DNA from: Chiloscyllium plagiosum
Taxonomy: Eukaryota
Direction of reading: 5' to 3'
Assembly: GCF_004010195.1 (NCBI RefSeq)
Contig: NC_057753.1
Span: 1,370,760 to 1,430,313, forward strand
DNA length: 59,554 nucleotides
The stretch's first letter is position 1; the number at the start of each line of letters is the position of its first letter. The notes beneath the pieces were generated by a model. It worked only from the letters and a program-made list of their open reading frames with translations, searched no databases and was not told the DNA's origin. Of this stretch, positions 12,340-23,992 are shown one piece after another. The translations under genes and the position numbers were made by a program.

Positions 12340-12840
12340 TTCCAGAAAATTTCTGCAGGAGTTCCTAAGGCTTTTGCGGTTTCCCACATACCTTTAGCTG
12401 CTTCATCAATGTCTTTCCCTTCATCATAAGGTGAAATTTTCGCTAATCATTGTACCAAATTCAGCACAATTCACTACAACACAGATACCAAAGCAGTTCA
12501 TGTTCAAATGCACAAAGGCCTCGATAATATTCAGGCTTGGAATGACAAGTGATAAGTAACATTCGTGGCACACAAAACCAATCAATAACTATGCCCAGTG
12601 AGGAACGTTATCATATACCTGGGCGTTTCCATTCACCAGAAACGAAACTGGACAAACCATACCAGTATATTTGCGATACGAGCATGTTAGAGACTTGGAA
12701 TACTGGAGCAAATAAATCAACTATTGACATCCTGCAACCTTTCGTCTATCTAGAAAGCCTAAATCTGGAGCGTGATTGAAATCTCTTCACTTGCCTGAAC
12801 GAGTATAGTTCCAAAGACATTTAGGAAACTTGACATCTTT
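12340..12840 (+). mobile_element. Decayed L2/CR1-clade LINE RT fragment
   Basis: Eroded GVP..FSCFIN..AVHVQM..LDNIQAW reading; same family as 28740-29040. Confidence 0.65.
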
Positions 12841-12859
12841 TCTCAAAATATAGAAAGAT

Positions 12860-14240
12860 ACGGGCAGGACATCGGTAAGTTGCATTTGCAAATGAGAAAT
12901 GTATAAACAATAAACATAAACCAGTTATATTTTGGAAAAAGAATAAAGATTAGCTGCGAATAATGGCACCGACCTGCAAGAAGGATAATTTTACAAAACG
13001 AAATGCAAATTGATCAATGTGGACATCAAATTGTGTCAAAGCACGAAGAGTCATCAAGAAGGAATAGCAAGAGTTCAGACCAAATATGTACCCATTAAAA
13101 CAAACGTCGAGACCAAGACAGGATAACATTTGATGTTAAGAGTTACAAAGTTTAGGATTAAGCAAAAATTATGAACAAATGCAGAGACCTCGTGTTGAAT
13201 GCCGCAGTGTTTTCAGAGTCAGCAAATCACAGTGGAAAAAAACTAAAGGTAAGTAAGGAAATAGCTTGAAAAAGAGTGGGGCCAACAAGGGGAATAGATA
13301 TAATCTGCATGGGCAAATACAAGTCATGAGCACTGTCATCAATGAATCTGTTGAATTGGTCCTCACCATAGAAAACAGTGATGTAGATATAGACATCGGG
13401 GTTGAGAAAATATAACAACAATTTGAAGTGAGGAAAGTAGATAAGAATTTCAAAAGTACTCTGTGTGTGTGCGTGTCGGATTGAGGGGAGAGAGAGAGTT
13501 AAAGAGAGACATAGGGAGAGAGAGTGAAAGACACACAGAGAGAGATAGAGATAGAGTGAGAGAGGAGAGAGAGAGAGAGAAAGAAAAACACAGATTACTT
13601 AGGGACCAAAAAGTGCCCAATCTGGATAAATCCAGAAGACTGCGTGCAGCATATTATAAGAAGTTGAAAGAGGCCATGGAAGAGACATCACTGGCCTTGG
13701 CAGTAAGAATCGAATCCTCTCTGTCCACAGGTAAAGTGATGGAGAATGGAATATTTCTAACTTTGTCACATCATTTGAAAATAAAGTTAATCAAAACGAT
13801 AGCCCTGAAAATGACAGCAATATCTGTCCAGCATCAATTGTCATGAATATATTAGGAAAAATGTAAAGTGAGAGTATATCTACATTTGAAGATTTATGCG
13901 TTGATCAGGGAAAGCCAGCGTGGGTATCGCATAGAATGTTCGGAATTGTGATTTTTTTTGTGTGTAGAGGCAATCGAATGATTGAAGAAGGAGTTCATGA
14001 CTTTAGCAAATCCGTTGATGCATTTCCTAATGGCAGATAGACCAGGATAGTCAGAGACCATTGGATCCAACGCGAATTGGCACGTTGTATTCAAATTTCA
14101 CGGACAGAATAAAAACAGAATTCGACGGAAGAAAAATCCTTCTATAACTCGAAATCTGCCTCCAATGAGATTTCACAAGCCTGGGTGTTTGGGTCTATAT
14201 GTTGATAGTGTACATTAATGATTTGTGTTTAAAATTAGCG
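12860..14240 (+). mobile_element. Decayed CR1 ORF2 fragments
   Basis: KYVPIK and SLSTGKVMENG-type segments; SQRG and RFDG-like RT pieces. Confidence 0.55.
13462..13590. repeat. (TG)n/(GA)n compound microsatellite
   Basis: Direct inspection. Confidence 0.9.
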
Positions 14241-14259
14241 AATGTGGAAACATCGAAAC

Positions 14260-14633
14260 ATAGAAGATTGAAGTAGAAGAAGGTCATTCGGCCTTTGGAG
14301 TCTGCTGCGATATTCATCATGATCATGCCTGATCATCCAACTCAATAATGTAATTTTGCTTTCTCCCCATGAACCTTGATCCCATTCACCCCTTGTGCTT
14401 AATCTAGCCCCCTTCTGAATGCATTCAATATTTTGGTATCAACTATTTCATGTGGTAATGAATTGCACAGGCTCACCACTCTTTACGTGAAGAAATGTCT
14501 TTCCATCTCCTTTCTAAATGGTCCACCCCAAATCCTCAAACTGCTGCCCCTACTTCTGTAAACAATCAGTATATGGAAAGTCCTCTCTGTATCTACCCTG
14601 TCTTGTCCTGTTAGACTTTTGAAAGTCTCTATG
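14260..14633 (-). mobile_element. CR1 3' end truncated by the gap
   Basis: IETFKSLTGQDRVD..RSRGSSLRIWGGPFRKEMERHFFT on the minus strand. Confidence 0.75.
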
Positions 14634-15133
14634 NNNNNNNNNNNNNNNNNNNNNNNNNNNNNNNNNNNNNNNNNNNNNNNNNNNNNNNNNNNNNNNNNNN
14701 NNNNNNNNNNNNNNNNNNNNNNNNNNNNNNNNNNNNNNNNNNNNNNNNNNNNNNNNNNNNNNNNNNNNNNNNNNNNNNNNNNNNNNNNNNNNNNNNNNNN
14801 NNNNNNNNNNNNNNNNNNNNNNNNNNNNNNNNNNNNNNNNNNNNNNNNNNNNNNNNNNNNNNNNNNNNNNNNNNNNNNNNNNNNNNNNNNNNNNNNNNNN
14901 NNNNNNNNNNNNNNNNNNNNNNNNNNNNNNNNNNNNNNNNNNNNNNNNNNNNNNNNNNNNNNNNNNNNNNNNNNNNNNNNNNNNNNNNNNNNNNNNNNNN
15001 NNNNNNNNNNNNNNNNNNNNNNNNNNNNNNNNNNNNNNNNNNNNNNNNNNNNNNNNNNNNNNNNNNNNNNNNNNNNNNNNNNNNNNNNNNNNNNNNNNNN
15101 NNNNNNNNNNNNNNNNNNNNNNNNNNNNNNNNN
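14634..15133. other. Assembly gap, exactly 500 N (probably an unsized scaffolding join)
   Basis: N run; a round 500 is a common placeholder length. Confidence 0.95.
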
Positions 15134-15344
15134 CAGGTTCGCTACTAAACCAAGATGGCAGCAGAGTAGCAATTCTCAGCCAGAGCTCATCCACTCTGTC
15201 GGTTTTTCTTCTTTGTTTTAACTATTTTTTCCCCTTTTTGTGTTTCCCCCTTTTTCCTTCTCAACAATATCCTGAATTCCTGGCCTTAGCATGGACTTGG
15301 ACTCCAGTCCTCAGCACATATCGATCTCTCGGCCTGGCATGTGA

Positions 15345-15568
15345 CAGAGTCACAGAGTCAGAGATGTACAGCATGGAAACAGAGCCTTCGGTCCAACTTG
15401 TCCAGAGATCCTAACCTAATCTAGTTCCATTTGCCAATACTTAGCCCATATCCTTCCAAACTCTTCCTATTCATATAGCCATTCAGATGCCTTTTAAATG
15501 TTGCAATTGTACCAGCCTCCACCACTTTATTTGGCAGCTCATTCCATACACACACCACCTTCCGCTTG
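15345..15568 (-). mobile_element. CR1 3' end
   Basis: VCVWNELPNKVVEAGTIATFKRHLNGYMN. Confidence 0.85.
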
Positions 15569-15592
15569 GCATGACAGCACTGGATAATTTTT

Positions 15593-15888
15593 AGAATCCC
15601 TACAGTGTGGGGATCCCTACCCTTTTGCCCAATATGTCCATACTGACCCTCCGAAGAATAACCCAACCAGACCCATTCCCTGAACCTATTACTCTACAAT
15701 TACCCCTAACTAATGCACCTAACCTACACATCTCTGAACACTATGGGCAATTTAGTGCAGCCAATCCACCCTAACCTGCACTTTTTTGGATTGTGGTAGG
15801 AAATTGGAGCACCGGGAGGAAACCCACGCAGATATGGGGAGAATGTGCAAACTCCACACAGACAGTCGTCCGAGGCTGGAATTGAACA
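15593..15888 (-). mobile_element. HE1 SINE lacking its 5' end
   Basis: Reverse complement of the HE1 body. Confidence 0.9.
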
Positions 15889-16056
15889 CCCACAGTCCAA
15901 AAATGTGCAGGTTAGGTGAATTGGCCATGCTAAATTGCCCATAGTGTTAGGTGAAGGGCTAAATGTAGGGGAATGGGTCTGGGTGGGTTGCGCTTCAGCG
16001 GGTCGGTGTGGACTTGTTGGGCCGAAGGGCCTATTTCCACACTGTAAGTAATCTAA
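15889..16056 (+). mobile_element. HE1 SINE 3' half fused head-to-head with the previous copy
   Basis: ccacagtccaaaaatgtgcagg...ccacactgtaagtaatctaat. Confidence 0.9.
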
Positions 16057-16134
16057 TTATTTCAACAGAAGTATAAATGCACAGAGGGCCAGTGACCTCT
16101 CTCTGCATCATAACAAATCCATGACTCTGAAACC

Positions 16135-16245
16135 TCCGTCATGAGGAGGGGCCACTCGACCTGAAACATTACCTCTGCTTTCTCTCCACAGATGCTGCCA
16201 GACCTGCTGAGCTTTTCCAGCACGTTCAGTGTTTTTGATTCTGAA
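16135..16245 (+). mobile_element. Penelope-like pseudo-LTR remnant with degenerate hammerhead-like core
   Basis: tgaggaggggccactcgacctgaaacatt...gatgctgccagacctgctgagcttttccagca. Confidence 0.6.
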
Positions 16246-16606
16246 CCCCTACTAGGGAATTCGCAAGGAATCTCCAATGGATCACTTTAACCCCTCAGCC
16301 ATGACGCCAGGCCTGCATTTACACCGGTGTTGTTGGTATTTCAACCAGGGAATCACCCCAGCAGAGACAAAGGACAATGGGTCAGTCCTGTTTGCCCATC
16401 TTTTCCCAGTCACCCTGCAGCGCGTACCATGCTGTTGTTTGACGATCCTAAAGAGGGCGCTGCGAGCGACTGGATAGAATGAACTACGATTAGCTTTATT
16501 GTCACCTGCACTCACATGAAAACAGTGAAATGTCGCCACCTGCTGCGCCACTTTGTTAACACATCCTAAAGTACAAATTCTTTGGAAACAGAAATTAGAA
16601 AAATAA

Positions 16607-16920
16607 AGATTAGATTAGATTACTTACAGTGTGGAAACAAGCCCTTCGGCCCAACAAGTCCACACCGACCCTCCGAAGAGCAACCCACCCAGACCCATTC
16701 CCCTACATTTACCCCTTCGTCTAACACTACAGGCAATTTAGCCTGGCCAATACACCGAACCTGCACATTTTTGGACTGTGGGAAGAAACCGGAGCACCCG
16801 GAGGAAACCCACACAGACATGGGGAGAATGTGCAAACTCCACACATACAGTTGCCCGAGGCAGGAATTAAACCCGGGTCCCTGTCGTTGTGAGGCAGCAG
16901 TGCCAACCACTGAGCCACCC
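16607..16920 (-). mobile_element. HE1 SINE, near full length
   Basis: (agatt)n tail and tRNA-derived head in reverse orientation. Confidence 0.95.
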
Positions 16921-17118
16921 CAGAAATAAAGTGTCCAGCATTATTGATCATATGAATAAATTTAAAAAATGAAGAAATAAAGTTCAGAATAACAGTCTTT
17001 CCGACCCAATCCACACCTTCACCTAGCCTCTAGTCCATACCAAGCATCATCTTGAGGCTATCAAGGCCAGGTGACCTCACTGGAATCATCTGGAGCCGCA
17101 AGAGGCTATGGTGGGGCA

Positions 17119-17454
17119 CCTAGAGACCATCGCACCGGGCCGAGAGACCGCCACACTGGGCCGAGAGACCGCCACACTGGGCCGAGAGACTGCCACACCG
17201 GGCAGAGAGACTGCCACACCGGGCCGAGAGACCGCCACACCGGGCCAAGTGACTGCTACACAGGGCCAAGAGACCACCACATCAGGCTGAGCGACTGCCA
17301 CACTGGGCCGAGAGACTGCCACACCAGGTCAAGAGACCTCCACACCGGGTTGAGAGACCACCATACTGGGCCAAGAGATGGCCACACCGGGCTGAAAAAT
17401 GCCACATCAGCCAAGAGACCGTCACACTAGGCTGAGACTGCCACACTGGTTGAG
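17119..17454. repeat. 21-bp minisatellite, about 16 copies (ccgagagacYgccacacYggg)
   Basis: Tandem units without spacers; translates as GPRDRHT/GRETATP heptads. Confidence 0.9.
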
Positions 17455-17725
17455 AGGGGAAAAATTTAGAAGGGACCGAAGGGGTGAATTTTTCATGCAG
17501 TGGGTGGAATATTATGGACTGAGCTGCCAGAGGAAGTGGTGGAGGCTGGTACAATTACAAAATTTAAAAGTTGTCTGGATGGGTATATGAATAGGAAGGA
17601 TTTAAAGGTGTATGGGCTAAGTGCTGGTAAATGGGACTAGATTAATTTAGGATATATGGTTGGCATGGACGAGCTGGACTGAAGGGTCTATTTACGTTTT
17701 GTACATCTCTATGGCTGTGACTCCA
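17450..17725 (+). mobile_element. CR1 3' end
   Basis: gagctgccagaggaagtggtggaggctggtacaat core shared with many copies. Confidence 0.85.
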
Positions 17726-17854
17726 AGACAAGAAAGTGGGGTTGAGGGTCATCAGATCAGCCATGATCTCATGCAATTGAGAGCAGACTTGATGGGCTGA
17801 ATGATCTATTTCTGCTCCTATGTCTTGTAGTCTTATACGAAATCAGAATTTGGT

Positions 17855-17940
17855 GCAAAAACTCAGCAGGTCTGGCAGCATCTATGGAGGGAAAACACAG
17901 TTAACGTTTCAGGTCCAGTGACCCTTCTTGAGAACTTGTT
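17855..17940 (-). mobile_element. Penelope-like pseudo-LTR remnant with degenerate hammerhead-like core
   Basis: Reverse complement reads ctcaagaagggtcactggacctgaaacgttaac; same family as 16135-16245. Confidence 0.6.
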
Positions 17941-18559
17941 CAGAATTTGTCTCATTATCTGTGAATGTAACATTCTACTTTAGTGTTCTTCCCATTGCAA
18001 TACCTGACAAAGGTCTATTAGCTCTCTGATTCTCCTACTGCTTCTATTCAGCCTCATGTCAAGCTCCCCCTGCCTGTCCTGACACCAGGCTGCTTGGTGT
18101 AAACACAAGCTGATCTCAAATTCAACTCCTAACTATAAATCAAAGAGAGGGAATGTAAGGCATTCCAACATAATAAGTTGACAGATTGCAGTATGAAGTA
18201 CAGCAGGATCTGATCTTCCTGATCCTCCAATATACTAGTTACACGTACATGCACAGTGCATATTATCCCATACCACTCACTCTAGCCTTGTGCACTTTTT
18301 ACGAAAATTGTAGTAGTGCATATCTCACTTATCATTTGAACTGTGAAGAAAGTGGAACTATAATAATATTACATTGTTCAGGAGATGTGCTGCAAGAAGA
18401 TACATATCAGGTTTTAGCTGAACTTTAGACAGAAGTTCTACTCGACTGGTTTCAAATTCAATGCTAGAAATGACGAGAAACCTCACGGAGTTCTGAAGCT
18501 TGGAGGAGATAGACAATAATGGTTGATGGGTATTTTGGGAAATATTTGAATTGGACTTC

Positions 18560-19470
18560 TTCATGTATTAGTGTTGGGACCTTGTTTTCTCCATTATGTA
18601 AACATGTCCATATATATTAATTATCCATGCATTAGGTGTAAGGATAATTTTGAAATGTGTGGATTAAAGGAAACTTAGATGTATTGTAAGCTATGATTAG
18701 ATTGGTATGGATTTTCAAAGCAACTTAGACAAATTAGTGGCTGGGTGGATTGGTAGATAGGAGAGGCACGAGGTGATTCATTTTTGTCAAATGAGCATTC
18801 AAAGAAAGTACAGAGAAAGGGGATCAAATGTAAAGAATGTACAGGAGCAGAGTGATGAAGTTTAATGATTGAAAGTGTGAAAGCAGTTAATCAAGCATGC
18901 AATGTCCTAAGATTGTTAATAGAGACTGTAGAGTTTGAGAGCAAAGAGGTTACATTGAACTTAAAGAAGGCACCAATTAAACCTCAAGTGGAGTATTTTT
19001 CACAGTTGTGGTGCCACATTTAAGAAAGGATCTGAAAGTATTGGAGAGGAGAAGCTTAAAAAATTAGTTCCCTGGATAAGAATTTCAAATATGAAGATAG
19101 ATTAGAGACATCAGGACTGCTTTCCTTGAGTAGAGAAGTCTGAGTGAAACATTCAAAATCCTGGGAGTCTGGATTGAATAAATAGGGAGAGAATGTTCCT
19201 TCTCATAAATAAATCGGGATTTAGAGAGCAAAAATGGAAGTAAATGAGGCTAAATGTGTATGAGGAAAAAAAAACTTGCTCAAGCAGTGCATCGTCGGGA
19301 TCTGGAAAGCATGACCCAAGAGTCTGGTACAGACAGATTTAATTGAGGCATTCAAAAGGGAATCACATGTTTATTTGAACTCGTAAAATTAGCAACAGTA
19401 TGAAAATAACTTAGGAAAATAGCATCAAATAATATGGAGAACCACGCAGATGTGATGGGTGGCACGGAAG
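18560..19470 (+). mobile_element. Old CR1 RT/3' remnant
   Basis: Eroded GPCF, PQVEY and FSLSRE-type motifs. Confidence 0.55.
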
Positions 19471-19479
19471 CTTTCTAAT

Positions 19480-20133
19480 TTATATTGAAAAGTGAGGAAG
19501 TACTGAACATCCTGAAATGTATAAAGATGGAGAAATCCCTGGGACGTAATTTGATATCTCCCAAAACTCCGTGGAAAGGTAGGGAATTGATTACACAGCC
19601 ACTTGCTGAGATATTAGTATCATCGATAGGCACAGTTGAGGTGCTGGAAAATTTTAGGGTGGCTAACGTGGTGCCATTATTTTAAAAATGTGGTAAGGAG
19701 AAACCAAGGAATTATAGATCAGTTAGCCTGACGTCAGTGGTGAGAGTATTGTAAGAGCAAATTCTGAGTGACAGGATTTACAGGCATTTGGAAAGGCAAG
19801 ACTGATTAAAGATAGTTGACATGGCTTTGTGTGTGGGAAATCAGATCTCAATACGTTAATTGAGGTTTTTTGAAGAAGTGACAAAGAAGATTGATGAAAG
19901 CAAACCAGTTGACATTGTCTACATGGACTTCAGCAAGATGTTCGACAAGGTTCCAATGGCAGACTGGCTAGCAAGGTTAGATCACATGGAATCTAGGGCG
20001 AACTTGCCTTTTAGATAGAAAATTGAAAGTAGGAGACAGAGGGTGATGATTTAGGGTTGTTTTTCAGACTGGAAGCCTGTGACCAGTAGTGTGATGCAAG
20101 GATTAGTGCTGGCTTCACTGCTTTTTATCATTT
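19480..20133 (+). mobile_element. CR1 ORF2 RT fragment
   Basis: ANVVPLF, NYRSVSLTS, VYMDFSKMFDKVP. Confidence 0.85.
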
Positions 20134-21085
20134 AGAGTTACACAGCATGGAAACAGACCCTTCAGTCCAACTTGTCCATGCTGACCAGGTATCCAAAATT
20201 CATCTAGTCTCATTTATCAACATTTGGCCCACATCCCTCTAAAACCTTCATATTCATGTGCCCATCCAGATGCCTTTTAAGTGTTGTAATTTTACCAGCC
20301 TCCACCACTTCCTCTGGCAGCTCATTCCAGAAACGCACCACACCCTGCATGAAAAAGTGCAAGGTGCCCTTTATGTTCCTCTTAAATCTTTCTGCTCTCA
20401 CCTCAAACCAATACCATCTAGTTTGTGACTCCCCTCCCCAGGGAAAACGACCTTGGCTATTCACTCTGTCATATCCCTCGTGAATTTATAAACCTCTATA
20501 CAATCACCCCTCAATCTCTGACATTCCAGGGAAAATAGCCCCAGCCTATTCAACCTCTCCCTACAGCTAAATCTCTCCAAACCCAACAATATTCTTTTAA
20601 TATTTTCTGCACCCTTTCAAGTTTAACACCTTTCCTATAACAGGGAGCCCAGAATTGAATGCAGTATTTCAAAAATGGCCAAACCAATGTCCTGTACAGC
20701 CACAACATGGTATCACAACTCCTGTACTCAGTGCACTGACCAATAAAGGCATGTGTACTGAACCTTCTTCACTATCCTGTCTGCTTGTGACTCCACCTTC
20801 AAAGAACTATGAAGCTGCACACAACGTCTCTTTGTTCAGCGATACTGCCCAGGATCCAAGCATTAAGTGCATAAGTCCTGTCCTCATTTGCCTTCCCAAA
20901 ATGTAACACCTCATATGTATCCAAATTAAGTTTCATCTGCCACTCCTCAGCCCATCTGAGCGAGGTCCTATCGCACTCTAAGGTAAACTTCTTCACTGTC
21001 TACTACACCACCTATGTTGGTGTATTCTGCAAACTTACTAACCATTCCTCCCACATACACATCCAAATTATTTATATAAATGTGT
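20134..21085 (-). mobile_element. CR1 RT and 3' end
   Basis: WAEEWQMKLNLDTYEVLHFG; WNELPEEVVEAG. Confidence 0.9.
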
Positions 21086-21131
21086 AGTTTGCGTGCTATA
21101 TAACTCTGACTCTAATATAAGATCCTCAACA

Positions 21132-21254
21132 TATAAGAGTTGAAAAGTGTGACGCTGGAAAAGCACAGAACGTTCGGCTACGTCCGATGAGCATAAGTTT
21201 CGGGCATAAGCCCTTCATCGACTCTGATCTCCAGCATCTGCAGTCCCCACTTTC
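21132..21254. mobile_element. Short Penelope-like pLTR insertion (inverted pieces) with partial hammerhead core
   Basis: Reverse complement reads gatgaagggcttatgcccgaaac; flanked by 9-bp direct repeat tcctcaaca (21123-21131, 21255-21263). Confidence 0.7.
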
Positions 21255-21414
21255 TCCTCAACAATTTTTGAGTAATATTGCATCAGCCTCTGCCCCACGT
21301 GGTTATCACCTTAAACTTTACTTCTGAACATTTTATTTGGCGTCTAGACCATTTAAAATTGAGAACTGTGGAAATTTAAAGTTCAACTTAAAAGTTGAAA
21401 ATTGAAAAAAAGTG

Positions 21415-21995
21415 TCGAGACCGGGGGGGGGGTTGGCCTATTCAATGGCGTTGCGGGTAACCCAGCATTCCGTGCGGCGGTGAATACAGCCTGGTCGCGA
21501 AACAAAGCGAGGCGCAGGTGGCGTGCCGGGCGGCGGACAGAGCATGTGCAGAAAGGCGTCCCGCAGAGGGAGGTCTGTGTTTGTCTCGGCTCCGCAAAGG
21601 GTGAGGTTCAGACGGAGGACTTGCTTCCCGGGGAGGACGACGGGGCGGAGGAGTTGCTTCGTAAGCGTCCTCTGTGAATTACAAATCCGGAAAAATAACT
21701 TCCGGTTCCGCCGTTTGCAAGGGAACGGGGTCCCAGCTCTTAATTTGGCACCGCGTGGTGACGTCAGCCTTCTTTCAGGGTGGGTGAGCTGGTCAACAAG
21801 GGCGCATGTGCGGCCGCTCTCGTTCCCTGGGGGGGGGGAGCAGTGGGCGGGGCTTGCTGCCCATTGTTCAGAATGGAGACGACCTGTCCATCAAGCTGCA
21901 TTAGCCCTTTCACACCCAATGTCTGATGGGGAGGGCGGTGCGGCTGCGCAAAGGAAAGGCAGAGGAAACAGGTTCTGCTCGTGCTGCTGCCTGGT
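21415..21995. promoter_or_regulatory. CpG-island promoter, probably of the ZNF gene at 24386
   Basis: High GC and CpG; ETS acttccgg (21698-21705); CRE tgacgtca (21759-21766); NRF1-like gcgcatgtgcg (21802-21812); GC box (21845-21852); + strand donor-like sites at 21601 and 21661. Confidence 0.75.
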
Positions 21996-22176
21996 GCGAC
22001 TTCCTGCCCCACGTGTCCAAAGGTCTCTGGCTTTAATCAGTGGCAGGCAGGGCCAGCATAGAGCTTCACCAGGCTGGGTCATTCCTGGGATTGAGGGATT
22101 GCATCCTGAATCAGGAGGAGGGGGGATTGTTGTAAATTACTACCTGAAGGTGTATTGGAATGCCCTTTTACAGAGG

Positions 22177-22336
22177 TTAAAAATCACGCAATACCAGGTT
22201 ATAGTCCTGATTTGGAGATGCCGGTGTTGGACTGGGGTGTACAAAGTTAAAAATCACACAACACCAGGTTATAGGTATAATTGAAAGCACTAGCTTTCGG
22301 AGCGCTGCTCCTTCATCAGGTGAAGGGTGAGATCCT
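22177..22336 (-). mobile_element. Mini Penelope-like element (partial tandem pLTR) with 12-bp TSD
   Basis: cttttacagagg at 22165-22176 and 22337-22348; internal partial tandem of aaaaatcacRcaaYaccaggttatag. Confidence 0.8.
22285..22323 (-). ncRNA. Minimal type I hammerhead ribozyme core
   Basis: Minus strand: cac CUGAUGA a GGAGC agc GCUCC GAAA GCUA gug; stem I CAC/GUG, 5-bp stem II, palindromic AGCU stem III, CUA triplet. Confidence 0.75.
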
Positions 22337-22389
22337 CTTTTACAGAGGATGAGAATGGGATGATTTGCACACAGCAAACTAAACCAAGA

Positions 22390-22692
22390 CAGTTGCTGCC
22401 TCACAGCACCAGGGACCTGGGTTTGATTCTGACCTTGGGTGAATGTCTGTGTGAAACTTGCATGTTTTCCCCATGTCTGCGTGAGTTACCAGTGTTCTGA
22501 TTTCCTCCAACCTTTCAAAGATGTGCAGGTTAGGTGGATTGGCTATTGCTCTGTAGTGTCTAAGGGTATGTAGCTTGGGTGGATTAGCCATTGTAAAGGC
22601 AGGGTTATGGGGCTTGTGTGGGATGCTCTTCAGAGGGTTGGTGCAGATTGACAGGCCAAATGGCCTCTATCTGCACGGTAGGGATACTATGA
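22390..22692 (+). mobile_element. Diverged HE1/V-SINE
   Basis: tgctgcctcacagcaccagggacctgggtttgattc and V-domain. Confidence 0.85.
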
Positions 22693-23544
22693 CTTAAGTC
22701 TTTGTCTCTTCGCAGTTCTTATCCGGGACTGACTGATAATTTTGTGAATTGCTTTCACAGCCTGTTCAAAGAAGGTTGGCAGCCAAGAAGCATCACGTCA
22801 AATGTTGCCAGGATCACTCGACCTGAGTCTTCTCAGCTGTTGAATGTAAGCATTGAGTCAAAAGTCATTTGCATTCATTGCGTAAAGTTTCTTCCTCTCA
22901 CCCTTGCTGTGGGTCTTACCCATAATTGTAAATTTCTGCTTTGTAACTTTCTCACGATCAGTGAGTGCAAAGAGCTTTCCTTTATCTACCTGGACTCAGC
23001 CAGATATTTCTTGTAAATGCTTGTCTATTTTACATATATAAATCTTTAAAGTTCATTCTTGACATCTGTGCGTCATGAGCAAGTCAGAAAAAGTTTCCAA
23101 TTTCCAGTTGTCTCCGGAGAAGTTATTTGACTTATTCACTGTATGTGTGACGGTGCTCCCGCAATGTTGTGTGTTAAGGATATGCAAACTACATTCTCAG
23201 CGATGCTGAAGAATCATTGCTATATGTCCAAGTCAGCAACAATGACTTGTTGTTGTGTAGCACTTTTCAAATAAGAAAACAATTCAAGGCATTTTACACG
23301 AAGGTTATACAGCCGAACTTAATATTGAGCCACATTAGGAGATGTTCGGGCAAGTGACTTAAAGCTTGGTCAAAAAGGTAACATGAACTCATTTTTTTCC
23401 CCTCTAAAGATATTTATTAGAGGTGGAGAGGTTTAGGAAGAAAATTCCAGAGATGGAGCCCTCTGCAGCTGAAAGAAAAGCCACCAAGTAGGTGGCATTT
23501 AAAACTGGGAATGCTGAAATGGCCTGAATTTGATGAGCACAGAG

Positions 23545-23992
23545 ATAGTCATTGAGATGTACAGCACAGAAATAGACACTTTGGTCCAACTTGTCCATGC
23601 TGATCAGATATCCTAAACTAATCTAGTCCCATTTGCCAGCACTTAGCCCATATCCCTCTAAACCTGTCTATTCATATACCCATCCAGATGCCTTTTAAAT
23701 GCTGCAATTGTATGGGCGCCCACCACTTCCTCTGGCAGCACATTCCATACATGCATCACCCTCTATGTGAAGATGTTGCCCTTGGGTCCCTTTTGTATCT
23801 TTCCCCTCTCATCCTAAACCTATGTCTTCTTGTCCTGGACTCCTCCACCCCAGGGGAAAGACTTTGTCTATTTACCCTATCCATGCCTGTCATGATTTTA
23901 TAAGGTCACCCCTTAGCCTCCGACATTCAAGGGAAAACAGCCCCAGCCTATTCAGCTTCTCCCTATAGCTCAAGCCCTCCAACCCTGGCAAG
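23545..23992 (-). mobile_element. CR1 3' end
   Basis: LPGLEGLSYREKLNRLGLFSLECRRLRGDL. Confidence 0.9.

Noticed and set aside
14483..15221. ORFs spanning N runs (also 32595-33108)
   Set aside because: Artefacts of assembly gaps
17119..17454. CRISPR-like array, or a repeat protein (ORF 17071-17430)
   Set aside because: Units are contiguous with no unique spacers, there are no cas genes and the context is vertebrate; open frames on both strands are expected from a 21-bp period
21402..22284. ORFs of 91 and 253 aa over the CpG island
   Set aside because: GC-rich DNA is poor in stop codons; non-ATG starts; the longer one runs into a Penelope pLTR
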